DNA of 64,000 bases from Bacteroidota bacterium (GTDB lineage Bacteria > Bacteroidota > Bacteroidia > 2-12-FULL-35-15). Made by a program: the position numbers and the translations under genes. Under the pieces are notes generated by a model. That model searched no databases. It had not been told where the DNA came from and was given only the letters and a program-made list of their open reading frames with translations. Below are positions 49,914 to 59,914 of the stretch, in pieces (within the stretch, counting starts at the first letter, position 1; every line of letters begins with the position of its first letter). The stretch is taken from the NCBI GenBank assembly GCA_023251835.1, contig JAHEXZ010000019.1:9168-73167 (forward strand), written 5' to 3'.

Positions 49914-51131
49914 TTAGTTTGAACGTAAACGGCTGGCAATCAATAAAACTATTCCCGCAACTATTAAAAGGTTTACATAAAATAACAATGAAGAGTAATA
50001 ATATCCTATCATACTTTTTGCTATCCATGTTGATATTGCCTGCATAAAAATGAGCAATTCGTTTAATATGAATCCCAGTAAAATAAGAGTCATGCCCGTT
50101 TTATTATTCCTGTTTAAATCAAGTTCTTTATGACTAACTAAAAATGCAAACAGGAAGAGCGAAACAAAACCAATAAACACCAAATGTAAATATCCTATGG
50201 TAAAACCTCTGATTTGATACGCTAAATCAGCAAAATAATGGAATGCAGTAAAAAATTGCAAAATTACTTTGATACAGAAACAAAACAAGGAGAAGCACAT
50301 AAGAAAATATACCCAACCACTAAATTTACTTTTTATTTCGAATTTTTTGTCCGCTATTAATGATAAAAATATGATTAACGCAGTGAGTTGTATAAAAGCT
50401 GAAACTCCTGCTATAATATAGATACTTACGTGTGGTTTCGTCCATAAAACAGAAAGGAGATAAGAAGGAATAACAGATATAAATAGTAAGCCCCGCAATA
50501 AATTCCCTTTTTTTACTGAGAAACTAATGGTATTGTTTTCCAGCATCCTGAAAAATAAACCCAATATGGCAAAACTAAACCAACCATTATACTGAAAGTG
50601 TAAATAAAAATAAATGGCATTATAATACAAATCACTTTTTCCTCCATTGGCCGAAAGAATTGGCCCAAGGCTAAAAGGCCCCAGCGAAGAGATGACCATA
50701 AAAAACAATCCTGCTTTGATAAATTTGAATGACAAACGTTGTTTGTTATCAGGATTGAGGCTTGCATCTTTTAAAAACTGATAGGTGAACCCAAAAGAAG
50801 TAAGTATATGTAAAGTAGAAAATGCAATAGAAAATAATCCATACCCCTGAATGGGGAAACTCAGTAACATTCCGATGTTAGCTGCTTGCGTGAGCCAAAA
50901 CAGAGATTGGTAAATTTTATTGCTTTGCTTTTGAGGACTTAAAAATGAATAAATGAGAAGCGCAAATAATATATTATAGACCCATCCCAGGAAGGCAATA
51001 TGAGAGTGGGTATGAAGAAGATTACTGTAGTTGAATCCTAATGATACGAACCCCATAAGCCGGAGAACACTTCCCAGGAGTGCTGTTATCAAAAGGTATA
51101 AAAGAGAAGTGTTTAACCAGGTTTTGTTCAT
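49914..51131 (-). CDS. Polytopic membrane protein with conserved His motifs (heme-copper oxidase subunit I-like)
   Basis: About 12 TM helices; HTHSHIAFLGW, YFYLHFQYNGWF, IGYLHLVFIG. Confidence 0.65.
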   Translation of the reverse strand: MNKTWLNTSLLYLLITALLGSVLRLMGFVSLGFNYSNLLHTHSHIAFLGWVYNILFALLIYSFLSPQKQSNKIYQSLFWLTQAANIGMLLSFPIQGYGLFSIAFSTLHILTSFGFTYQFLKDASLNPDNKQRLSFKFIKAGLFFMVISSLGPFSLGPILSANGGKSDLYYNAIYFYLHFQYNGWFSFAILGLFFRMLENNTISFSVKKGNLLRGLLFISVIPSYLLSVLWTKPHVSIYIIAGVSAFIQLTALIIFLSLIADKKFEIKSKFSGWVYFLMCFSLFCFCIKVILQFFTAFHYFADLAYQIRGFTIGYLHLVFIGFVSLFLFAFLVSHKELDLNRNNKTGMTLILLGFILNELLIFMQAISTWIAKSMIGYYYSSLLFYVNLLIVAGIVLLIASRLRSN

Positions 51132-51453
51132 AGCTGATTATTTGCTCTAAAGGTATTTATATTTTTACTTGTATATAATTTGTTTTTTAAAGGTTAGATG
51201 GCTTTCACCCTTAATTTCCCCTGATAACAGGGAAAGAGATGTTCAGTTGCAGTTCCCCCGACCAGCCATAAAAAACAATAGGGTTAAGATCAAATATATT
51301 TTATTTTCTGACCTGCGTCAACATTGCGATGCTCTCTGTAAGCTTGGCGACAGCCATTTAATAATGGAAAAAATTGCGAAAGAAATAATATGATGGGTTT
51401 TTCAGAAAGAGATGACAAAAATATAAAACACTAAGATCAAAAAAACATGAAAA

Positions 51454-51540
51454 CAAAAACTCGCAAATAAAAATACGAAGTCACTTTATTTTTTACCAAT
51501 ACATTTCATCCACTCAAACAAAGTTGCACACATGGCCATA
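51454..51540 (-). mobile_element. Tiny relic of a related IS1380-family element
   Basis: Reverse complement of 51491-51540 aligns to the transposase C-terminus near 22567-22620; IR-like caaaaactcgcaa at 51454. Confidence 0.55.
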
Positions 51541-51742
51541 GTAACTTTTTCTGTACCCTGTTCGTCCGTCTGAATAAGTGATTTTATATTTTTGATAAGA
51601 ATTTTCATCTTGAACAATATTTTATGAAAGTAGGAGTTATTGCAATAATTTTAAAATTAAAATTGACTAAAAAAGCATAATTTCATAGGATTAGTAGCTT
51701 TAATATTCTTTGTATAAATTCAATTATGTTAATCCCACAAAA

Positions 51743-54103
51743 ATGAAGCAAAACAACCTGCTATTCCCCTTTTTGTATGCCTTAATACTTAATTCTATAA
51801 TTGGCCTAGCCCAAACAAATCAAACATATACTATCTCCGGTTTTATCAACGAACAAGGCAGCAAAGAAAGCCTGCCGGGTGTAAATATATATGCGCCTAA
51901 ACTGAAAGTGGGAGTGGTATCAAACAATTACGGCTTCTATACATTAACCCTGCCAGCCGATTCAGTAGAACTTATAATAACTTATGTTGGTTATCAGCCT
52001 CAAATCTTTAAACTCGACCTGCACAAGAATATTCAACTCGATATTCCTTTAAAGACAAGTATTGATTTACAGGAAGTAGAAGTTTCAGCAGAAAAAGTGG
52101 AAAAAATAAGCCAGGAAGTTCAGATGAGTAAAATTGACCTTCCGGTAGAGCAGGTTAAAAATATACCCGCTTTAATGGGAGAGAAAGATGTGTTAAAAGT
52201 CATTCAGTTATTACCCGGTGTACAAAAAGGAAGTGAAGGCAGCAGTGGCATTTATGTCCGGGGTGGCGGGCCAGACCAAAACCTGATTATTTTAGATGAT
52301 GCTACTGTATACAATGCTTCCCATTTATTTGGCTTCTTTTCTTTATTCAATGGCGATGCGTTAAAAAGTATTGAACTTACCAAAGGGGGATTTCCTGCCC
52401 GCTATGGGGGGCGATTATCTTCCGTATTGGAAATGCAGATGAAGGACGGAGATAAACAGAAAATTCATGGAGAGGCCGGTATAGGCATTATATCTTCACG
52501 TTTAACATTAGAAGGGCCTATTCTGAAAGATAAGCTGTCATTCCTTGTTTCGGCAAGAAGAACCTACATTGATATATTGACCCAACCTCTTATCAAACAA
52601 CAAACAGGTGTAAATACCGGTTATTATTTTTATGATTTAAATGCCAAGTTGAACTATATAATAGATTATAAAAACAAAATCTACTTAAGTGGATATTTTG
52701 GCAAAGACAAGTTTTATCTTAAAAACAATGTTGATGCAAACTATACATCAGAAGCCGGATTGGGCTGGGGAAATGCCACAGGAACATTACGCTGGAACCA
52801 CCTTATAAATGAAAAAACATTTTCAAATGTATCACTCATTTTCACCAATTTTTTATTTGACATATCTGCTAAAGAAAAATTTTCAGGAGATTATTATAAT
52901 TTAAGCTATTTATCAGGAATCAGGGACTATTCTGTTAAATGGGATATTGATTACTCACCTAATGCCAAACATTTTATTAAGGGCGGGCTTTTAGCAACGT
53001 ATCATTATTTCAGACCAAGTGCTATAGTAACAGAAAGTTCCTATTCGGCTGATAATTTTTCCCATAAAACACGAATTGATACGTATGAAACAGCCATATA
53101 TGCAGAAGATGATTTTAAAATAAACGAAAAATGGCGGGCAAATGGAGGTATACGCTTTAGCAATTTTAATGTACGCAGCAAAAGTTATATAAACCCCGAA
53201 CCACGTATCTCACTGCGTTATTTGCTTAAATCCGACTTATCAATCAAAGCAAGCTATGCAACAATGAACCAATATTTGCATCTGCTTTCCAATTCAGGGT
53301 TTGGCTTGCCAACAGATTTATGGGTACCTGCTACAGATAGAATAAAACCTCAGCAATCACAGCAGGTAGCATTAGGGGTAGCTAAAGACCTCACCATAAA
53401 AGAAGCTTCTTTCATGGCATCAATAGAAGGTTATTATAAAAAATCAAAAAATATAATCGGGTACAAGGAAGGAGCCTCCTTCCTTAATATCGATCCAACA
53501 GAAAACTCATCAGACTTTTCTTACGAAGATATTGTTACCAGTGGTAATGCAGAAAGCTATGGAGCGGAATTTTTTTTCCAGAAAAAATTTGGCAAATTAA
53601 CCGGCTGGATAGGATATACGCTTTCCTGGACCTGGCTGCAATTTGATGAACTTAACTTTGGAAAGAGATTCCACGCCCGTTATGACAGAAGACACGACCT
53701 TTCACTTGTAGGTATCTATAAGCTAAATGAACGTATTACTTTATCAGCAACATGGGTATACGGCACAGGCAATGCAATTACATTACCTCTTTCTTCATAC
53801 CAGCTTGCGGAACAAAATCCTCATCCACAAACAGAATATAATAATTCTTATACTGTGAATGATTATGGAGAAAAAAACAGTTTCAGAATGGCTCCCTATC
53901 ACCGTTTAGATATAGCCATTCAATTTCATAAGAAAATGCCAAAATATGAACGAACATTTGAACTTGGTGTTTATAATGCTTATAACCGGAAAAACCCATT
54001 TTTTTATTATACTCAATACGATTATAATACACAACAAACCAAATTAAAACAAGTTTCCCTTTTCCCTGTCATTCCTTCCATTTCATGGACCTGGAAGTTT
54101 TAA
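51743..54103 (+). CDS. TonB-dependent receptor
   Basis: N-terminal carboxypeptidase-regulatory-like domain, plug LLPGV...VRGG..DQNL, C-terminal aromatic residue (WKF). Confidence 0.93.
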   Translation: MKQNNLLFPFLYALILNSIIGLAQTNQTYTISGFINEQGSKESLPGVNIYAPKLKVGVVSNNYGFYTLTLPADSVELIITYVGYQPQIFKLDLHKNIQLDIPLKTSIDLQEVEVSAEKVEKISQEVQMSKIDLPVEQVKNIPALMGEKDVLKVIQLLPGVQKGSEGSSGIYVRGGGPDQNLIILDDATVYNASHLFGFFSLFNGDALKSIELTKGGFPARYGGRLSSVLEMQMKDGDKQKIHGEAGIGIISSRLTLEGPILKDKLSFLVSARRTYIDILTQPLIKQQTGVNTGYYFYDLNAKLNYIIDYKNKIYLSGYFGKDKFYLKNNVDANYTSEAGLGWGNATGTLRWNHLINEKTFSNVSLIFTNFLFDISAKEKFSGDYYNLSYLSGIRDYSVKWDIDYSPNAKHFIKGGLLATYHYFRPSAIVTESSYSADNFSHKTRIDTYETAIYAEDDFKINEKWRANGGIRFSNFNVRSKSYINPEPRISLRYLLKSDLSIKASYATMNQYLHLLSNSGFGLPTDLWVPATDRIKPQQSQQVALGVAKDLTIKEASFMASIEGYYKKSKNIIGYKEGASFLNIDPTENSSDFSYEDIVTSGNAESYGAEFFFQKKFGKLTGWIGYTLSWTWLQFDELNFGKRFHARYDRRHDLSLVGIYKLNERITLSATWVYGTGNAITLPLSSYQLAEQNPHPQTEYNNSYTVNDYGEKNSFRMAPYHRLDIAIQFHKKMPKYERTFELGVYNAYNRKNPFFYYTQYDYNTQQTKLKQVSLFPVIPSISWTWKF

Positions 54104-54135
54104 TATACAAGTTCGACAAACATAAAAAATGAAAT

Positions 54136-54966
54136 ATGAATAATCTTTTTTCCATTCTAATTATCAGTTCAATAATCTCTTTTATTTCCTGTACCAAGGA
54201 TGCGGATGTTAAATTACCGGCTGTTGAACCGAAATTAGTTATTAGTTCGTTTATTTCTCCACAGGATTCAATCGTTAAAGTGGAAGTTACAATGAGCCAG
54301 CCGTTATACAATAATTCCAATGCCGGACAATTTTCAGCCGTTTCCAATGCAACGGTTCAGATTAATGATGGTACTATCACGCAAACATTAGCTTATGATT
54401 CAACAGGTAATTATTATTTTGTAAACACCTCGCTATTTCCCATAACAGTAGGAACAATCTACTATCTGACAGTATTAACTCCGGATGGCAAAAATATAAA
54501 TGCAAGCACAACTGTTCCCACGTTAAACTCAACGTTAACATACACAAGTCATCAAATAACTGATCCCTATGGGTCGGAGAAATACGTTATTGAAACTTCC
54601 TGGAATGATACTCCAGATACTGAAGATTACTACAGAATAGCTTTTTACAATAAAGATTATTATCCTGGCAATATTGATACCACCTATTGGGCCCTGCTTT
54701 CCGAAAATTTTTCTGATAAAGGTAAAGATGGAGGAGCCTTTAATCAGAATTCTGAAATATACACTTATAGCAGTACCGGAACAGTTGAAGGAGAACTTTA
54801 CCTTATACATGCATCAAAAGAATATTATCTTTTCCACTCCAAATTGCTGGATGCCGCATACTCTGGAAGCCCGTTTTCAGAACCTGTTCAAATGTATTCA
54901 AATATTAATGGTGGGTATGGTGTTTTTGCGGGGTATAACTCTTATAAACTGTTGGTTTCCCTGTAA
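54136..54966 (+). CDS. DUF4249 family lipoprotein
   Basis: FISC lipobox, P.LVI, W.D....YYR, SNINGGYGVF.G; follows the TBDR. Confidence 0.82.
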   Translation: MNNLFSILIISSIISFISCTKDADVKLPAVEPKLVISSFISPQDSIVKVEVTMSQPLYNNSNAGQFSAVSNATVQINDGTITQTLAYDSTGNYYFVNTSLFPITVGTIYYLTVLTPDGKNINASTTVPTLNSTLTYTSHQITDPYGSEKYVIETSWNDTPDTEDYYRIAFYNKDYYPGNIDTTYWALLSENFSDKGKDGGAFNQNSEIYTYSSTGTVEGELYLIHASKEYYLFHSKLLDAAYSGSPFSEPVQMYSNINGGYGVFAGYNSYKLLVSL

Positions 54967-54990
54967 TTGATTATTTATAGATAACAAACA

Positions 54991-55692
54991 GTGAAAAAAA
55001 TCACAATTATTTTTGCTTTATTCTCAATCATTATGAATGTGAGAGCACAGCTCGATACTGTATTTAAAAATTCTTTAGACTATTCAAGAAAAGACTATTC
55101 AAAAAAAGATATTTATGTCTCGGGGGCATATTTTAGTGGAGTATTTAGATTTATACCTAAAGATACGACAGAAGATTTTAATTTTTATGAGGGAATCAAC
55201 AGTTCATTGCAAATTGAATTGAAGAAAAATGTGGCAATCAATTTTTGGTATGGATTTACACCTAAATTTAACTATAATGATACATGGTTAAACAATAAAA
55301 TAACAATATTAGGCTCCAATATTAATTTCCCCTTGTATAAATACTATAAACATTTCGGTTTTTATATGATGGGAGGAATTTCATGGAAAAAGATAACCGG
55401 ATATTATACTACCTCAAATAATGTCTTCGCACAATCTAAATTCCAGGAATACTCTCCATACATTTTTAAAACATTGGGTGCAGAAACAGGAATTGGTTTT
55501 GAGTATAAGATCAACTATTTACAATTTTACTCATTATTCAAATTCAGGTTGAACAATTCGATTAAATACGCTAAGGGATTGTATGCTCCAATATATGCTC
55601 CAACAACAGAGTCATTTGATTTCATTATTGGAATAAGGTTAAAAATTCCTAAAATATTTAAAAATCCCAAACAGCGTTATACTTGGTTTTAG
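54991..55692 (+). CDS. Hypothetical exported protein, possibly a small outer-membrane beta-barrel
   Basis: Signal peptide; alternating aromatic beta-strands; GTG start. Confidence 0.55.
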   Translation: MKKITIIFALFSIIMNVRAQLDTVFKNSLDYSRKDYSKKDIYVSGAYFSGVFRFIPKDTTEDFNFYEGINSSLQIELKKNVAINFWYGFTPKFNYNDTWLNNKITILGSNINFPLYKYYKHFGFYMMGGISWKKITGYYTTSNNVFAQSKFQEYSPYIFKTLGAETGIGFEYKINYLQFYSLFKFRLNNSIKYAKGLYAPIYAPTTESFDFIIGIRLKIPKIFKNPKQRYTWF

Positions 55693-55742
55693 TAACACTT
55701 TTTTAGTTTAATTGATTAAATTTGTCTGTTCTATATAAAACT

Positions 55743-56840
55743 ATGGCTGGCAATACTTTCGGGAAATTATTTACACTTACCACTTTTGGCGAATCGCATG
55801 GGGAAGCCATAGGCGGTGTTATTGATGGTTGCCCTGCCGGATTACAAATTGATACTGATTTTATTCAATCCGAGGTAAACAGAAGACGCCCCGGACAATC
55901 ATCAATAGTTACACAAAGAAAAGAAACGGATAAAGTAGAATTTCTTTCAGGAATATTTGAAGGTGAAACCACAGGAACTCCTATTGGATTTATTGTTCGT
56001 AATGAGGATCAAAAAGCAAAAGATTATGAACATATCGCTGATGTATATCGCCCTTCACATGCTGACTATACCTATGATCTAAAATACGGCATACGCGATT
56101 ACAGAGGTGGCGGGCGTTCCTCAGCACGCGAAACAATAAGCAGAGTGGTTGCCGGAGCTATTGCGAAATTAATCCTTAAGCAAAATAATATCTCCATTTT
56201 TGCCTATACTTCACAGGTGGGCGACATACAACTGTTAAAAGATTATAACAATTTAGATTTCTCTAAAATAGATTCCAATGCTATTCGTTGTCCGGATCAG
56301 TTGATTGCGGAAACTATGATACAACGTATTGAACAAATTAAAAAAGCAGGTGATACCATTGGCGGAGCAATTTCATGTGTCATAAAAGGTACACCAGCTG
56401 GTCTTGGAGAACCTGTATTTGATAAATTGCATGCAGACCTTGGAAAAGCAATGTTAAGTATCAATGCAGTAAAAGGTTTTGAATACGGCAGTGGCTTTGA
56501 AGGAACAAAAATGAGGGGCAGTGAGCATAACGACAGCCCCATCCCCAGCCCTTCCCCTTTAGGGAAGGGAGCTGGTATAGCTTTTAAATCAAATAACAGC
56601 GGTGGTATACAGGGAGGAATAAGTAATGGAGAAGATATTTATTTCAGGGTTGCATTTAAGCCGGTTGCTACCATTATGCAAAAACAAACTACGGTAAATT
56701 CAAAAGGAGAAACTGTGGAAATGATTGGTAAAGGACGGCATGATACTTGCATATTGCCACGCGCTGTTCCTATTGTGGAAGCAATGGCTGCATTGGTGAT
56801 GGTGGATCACTTTTTGAGAAATAAAAGTGCGAGAATATAA
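55743..56840 (+). CDS. aroC: Chorismate synthase
   Basis: [43 protein letters not shown]. Confidence 0.97.
   Translation: MAGNTFGKLFTLTTFGESHGEAIGGVIDGCPAGLQIDTDFIQSEVNRRRPGQSSIVTQRKETDKVEFLSGIFEGETTGTPIGFIVRNEDQKAKDYEHIADVYRPSHADYTYDLKYGIRDYRGGGRSSARETISRVVAGAIAKLILKQNNISIFAYTSQVGDIQLLKDYNNLDFSKIDSNAIRCPDQLIAETMIQRIEQIKKAGDTIGGAISCVIKGTPAGLGEPVFDKLHADLGKAMLSINAVKGFEYGSGFEGTKMRGSEHNDSPIPSPSPLGKGAGIAFKSNNSGGIQGGISNGEDIYFRVAFKPVATIMQKQTTVNSKGETVEMIGKGRHDTCILPRAVPIVEAMAALVMVDHFLRNKSARI
56535..56573. repeat. REP-like element embedded in frame in aroC
   Basis: agccccatccccagcccttcccctttagggaagggagct encodes [13 protein letters not shown]; same family as 4151-4182. Confidence 0.7.
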
Positions 56841-56930
56841 AAAACAGTATCAATCATTACAATTATAAGTACTCAAAAATCCCTCGACTACGTTCGGGAT
56901 AACACTTAACAAAAACAACTAACAACAACT

Positions 56931-59768
56931 ATGACAACAGAATCACCAAAAAAGAAAAAAAGCTTAATCCGCAGAATCTTTAAATGGACAGGTATTACTT
57001 TCCTTTTATTATTAGTTTTAATTATTGCAGCTCCTTTTCTGTTTAAAAAACAAATAATTCAGTTGGTAAAAGATAAAACCAACGAAAATGTAAATGCAAA
57101 AGTAGATTTTGGTGAATTTGATTTAACATTAATTAAATCGTTCCCAGACTTTACGTTATCAATAGAAAATGTAAGTGTAGCTAATGTTGGTGATTTTGAA
57201 GGTGACACTTTATTATTTGCAAAAAATATAACTGTTGGCCTCGATTTAATGAGTGTTATAAAAGGCGATCAATATAAAATAAATACTATCGCTCTTGAGC
57301 AGCCCCGTATACATGCTTTGGTATTAAAAGATGGTAAGGCCAACTGGGACATTACCAAGCCTTCTGCAGATACAACAACCACAACAGCCCCAACAGCGGA
57401 ATCCGCCCCATTTAAAATGACATTAAAAAAGTTTGAAATTAAAAATGGTTATATCGTATACGATGATGCATCTCTTGGTTTCAAAACAGAATTAGTAAAT
57501 ATGAATCATACTTTAAGCGGTGATTTTACTTCTGATAATTTCGTATTGGAAACTCTTACCGAAATAGAAAAATTCTCAATGAACTATGGTGGTGTCAGTT
57601 ACATGAATAAAGTAAAAACACGCATTAAAGCTGATTTAGATGCTGACATGCCGAATTTTAAATTTACATTTAAAAACAATGAATTTTCATTCAACGAGCT
57701 TTCACTTGGCTTAGATGGCTATTTTGCTATGCCAAAAGAAGACATGGATATGGATTTAAAATTTAAAGCCAATCAAACGGAATTTAAAAATATTTTATCA
57801 CTTGTTCCCGGAGTTTATACGACAGATTTTAAAGATGTTAAAACATCAGGCTTATTGGCGTTAGATGGATATGTAAAAGGTATTTACAATGATAAAAAAA
57901 TGCCCGCATTTAGTATAAAATTATCTATTAAAGATGCCATGTTTCAATACCCTTCATTGCCAAAGTCTGCAACCAATATACAGGTTGAGCTGGCTGTAAA
58001 TAACCCAACTGGCGAACCCGATGCAACCATTATTGACTTGAATAAATTTCATGTGGAACTGGCTAAAAATCCTGTTGATGCCAAATTGCACCTGTCAACA
58101 CCCGTTTCGGACGCTAACATCAAAGCCGAAGTAATGGCCAAAATTAATATTGCAAGCATAAAAGATATAATACCGCTTGAAAAAGGAGATGAGTTAAACG
58201 GTGATGTTATTGCTGATATAAAAATGAACGGACGTATGTCTTCTATTGAGAAGCAAGAGTATGAGAAGTTTGATGCTAAAGGAAACCTGACTATCTCAAA
58301 TATGAATTATAAAACAACAAGTCTTAATTATCCAACTAAGATCAATACACTAAACTTAAATTTTACACCACAATTTGTTGAGCTATCAAAATTTGATGCA
58401 AAAGTTGGTAAAAGTGATGTTCAATTAGATGGTAAAATTGAAAACTTTTTACAATATGCCTTAAAAGATTCTCTGTTGAAAGGAACATTTAATTTTAAAT
58501 CATCTTTACTTGATTTGAACGAATTTATGGCTGAAGATGAAACTGCGGCACAGCCAACTGCTGCTGATACCTCTGCATCAGCAATGAGTGTTGTTGAAGT
58601 GCCTTCTAACCTGAATGTGGTTTTGAATGCTGCTGTTGGAAAATTATTATATGATAACCTGGTAATTACTGATATTTCCGGTGGAGTAAAAGTAAAAAAC
58701 GGCCAGGCAAGCTTAGACCGCCTGAAGATGACATTTAAAGATTTAGGTGGAACAATGACATTAAGTGGAACTTATAGTACAAGAAATATAAAAAAGCCTA
58801 CGGTTGATTTTGATATTGATATTGCTGATTTTGATATTCCAAAAACCTTTCAGACCTTCAACACTGTACAAAAGCTTGCTCCTATCGGGAAATATGCAAA
58901 AGGAAAATTTGGTACCCAGTTGAAATTTACAACAACATTAGATGCCCACATGGAGCCGGATATGAAAATGCTTAGCGGTGGCGGAAAGCTAAACACTACG
59001 AATGTTGTTGTAGAAGGTTTTGAACCGATAAATAAGCTGGCAGATGCACTAAAACAGCCCAAATATAAGAAAATGACATTCGAGAACATCAATGCAAGCT
59101 ATCACTTTAATAATGGAAGAGTGGAGGTAGATGAAATGCCTGTAAAAATGGGAGCTGTATCGGCCACAGTAAAAGGATCTACGGGGTTTGACCAAACCAT
59201 CGACTACACATGGAACCTAGAGATGCCAATGTCAGAACTGGGCAGCCAGGCAAATGTCGCTGCGGGAAGCCTTGTAAGCCAGTTAAATAAGGCAGCGGGT
59301 ACCAGCTTAAAATTAAGCGATAAAATAAAGGTAAAAGCACTATTTGGAGGTAATGCCACTCAACCTACTGTTAAAGTGATGCCAATGGGTGCGGAAAGTA
59401 CACAGGATGTGAAAGAACAAGTGAAAGAGCAGGTAAAAGAAGTAATCACTCAAACTATTGATAATGCAAAAGAAAAAGCCCGCGCTGAAGCCGATAAAAT
59501 TATGAAAGATGCACAGGCGCAAGCTGCTAAAATAAAAGCAGATGCACAAGCCTTAGCAGATAAAACAAGAGCAGAAGGTTACGCAGCAGTGGATAAAACA
59601 GTTACTGATGCTAAAAACCCGATTGCTAAAAATGCTGCTAAACTGGCTGCTCCTGCTGCTAAAAAAGAAGTCGATAAAAAAGTTGCTGCAATCCTCGCTG
59701 AAGCTGATAAAAAAGCAAATGATATTTTAACAAAAGCAAAAACTGAATCGGATAAAAAATTGCAGTAA
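56931..59768 (+). CDS. AsmA-like (bridge-type lipid transfer) family protein
   Basis: N-terminal TM, SFP...DG.ANWDI, beta-groove repeats, G..GFDQT.DY, Ala/Lys-rich coiled-coil tail. Confidence 0.87.
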   Translation: MTTESPKKKKSLIRRIFKWTGITFLLLLVLIIAAPFLFKKQIIQLVKDKTNENVNAKVDFGEFDLTLIKSFPDFTLSIENVSVANVGDFEGDTLLFAKNITVGLDLMSVIKGDQYKINTIALEQPRIHALVLKDGKANWDITKPSADTTTTTAPTAESAPFKMTLKKFEIKNGYIVYDDASLGFKTELVNMNHTLSGDFTSDNFVLETLTEIEKFSMNYGGVSYMNKVKTRIKADLDADMPNFKFTFKNNEFSFNELSLGLDGYFAMPKEDMDMDLKFKANQTEFKNILSLVPGVYTTDFKDVKTSGLLALDGYVKGIYNDKKMPAFSIKLSIKDAMFQYPSLPKSATNIQVELAVNNPTGEPDATIIDLNKFHVELAKNPVDAKLHLSTPVSDANIKAEVMAKINIASIKDIIPLEKGDELNGDVIADIKMNGRMSSIEKQEYEKFDAKGNLTISNMNYKTTSLNYPTKINTLNLNFTPQFVELSKFDAKVGKSDVQLDGKIENFLQYALKDSLLKGTFNFKSSLLDLNEFMAEDETAAQPTAADTSASAMSVVEVPSNLNVVLNAAVGKLLYDNLVITDISGGVKVKNGQASLDRLKMTFKDLGGTMTLSGTYSTRNIKKPTVDFDIDIADFDIPKTFQTFNTVQKLAPIGKYAKGKFGTQLKFTTTLDAHMEPDMKMLSGGGKLNTTNVVVEGFEPINKLADALKQPKYKKMTFENINASYHFNNGRVEVDEMPVKMGAVSATVKGSTGFDQTIDYTWNLEMPMSELGSQANVAAGSLVSQLNKAAGTSLKLSDKIKVKALFGGNATQPTVKVMPMGAESTQDVKEQVKEQVKEVITQTIDNAKEKARAEADKIMKDAQAQAAKIKADAQALADKTRAEGYAAVDKTVTDAKNPIAKNAAKLAAPAAKKEVDKKVAAILAEADKKANDILTKAKTESDKKLQ

Positions 59769-59788
59769 ACCAAATAGTAATCTTTTAA

Positions 59789-59856
59789 TGTCATACCGAA
59801 CAACGTGAGGTATCTTGCTATTCTATACCAAGATTTCTCACTTCGTTCGAAATGAC
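59789..59856. repeat. REP doublet, copy 2 of the GTCAT...ATGAC family
   Basis: tgtcataccgaa..gtgaggtatc ... gatttctcacttcgttcgaaatgac. Confidence 0.65.
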
Positions 59857-59914
59857 GGATAGAGCATAAATATTCTGATATATAACATTGTATTATACTT
59901 CCTCGTAGATTTAT

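Noticed and set aside
51169-51393. 74-aa plus-strand ORF
   Set aside because: TTG start, no motif, lies in a degenerate intergenic region next to an IS relic
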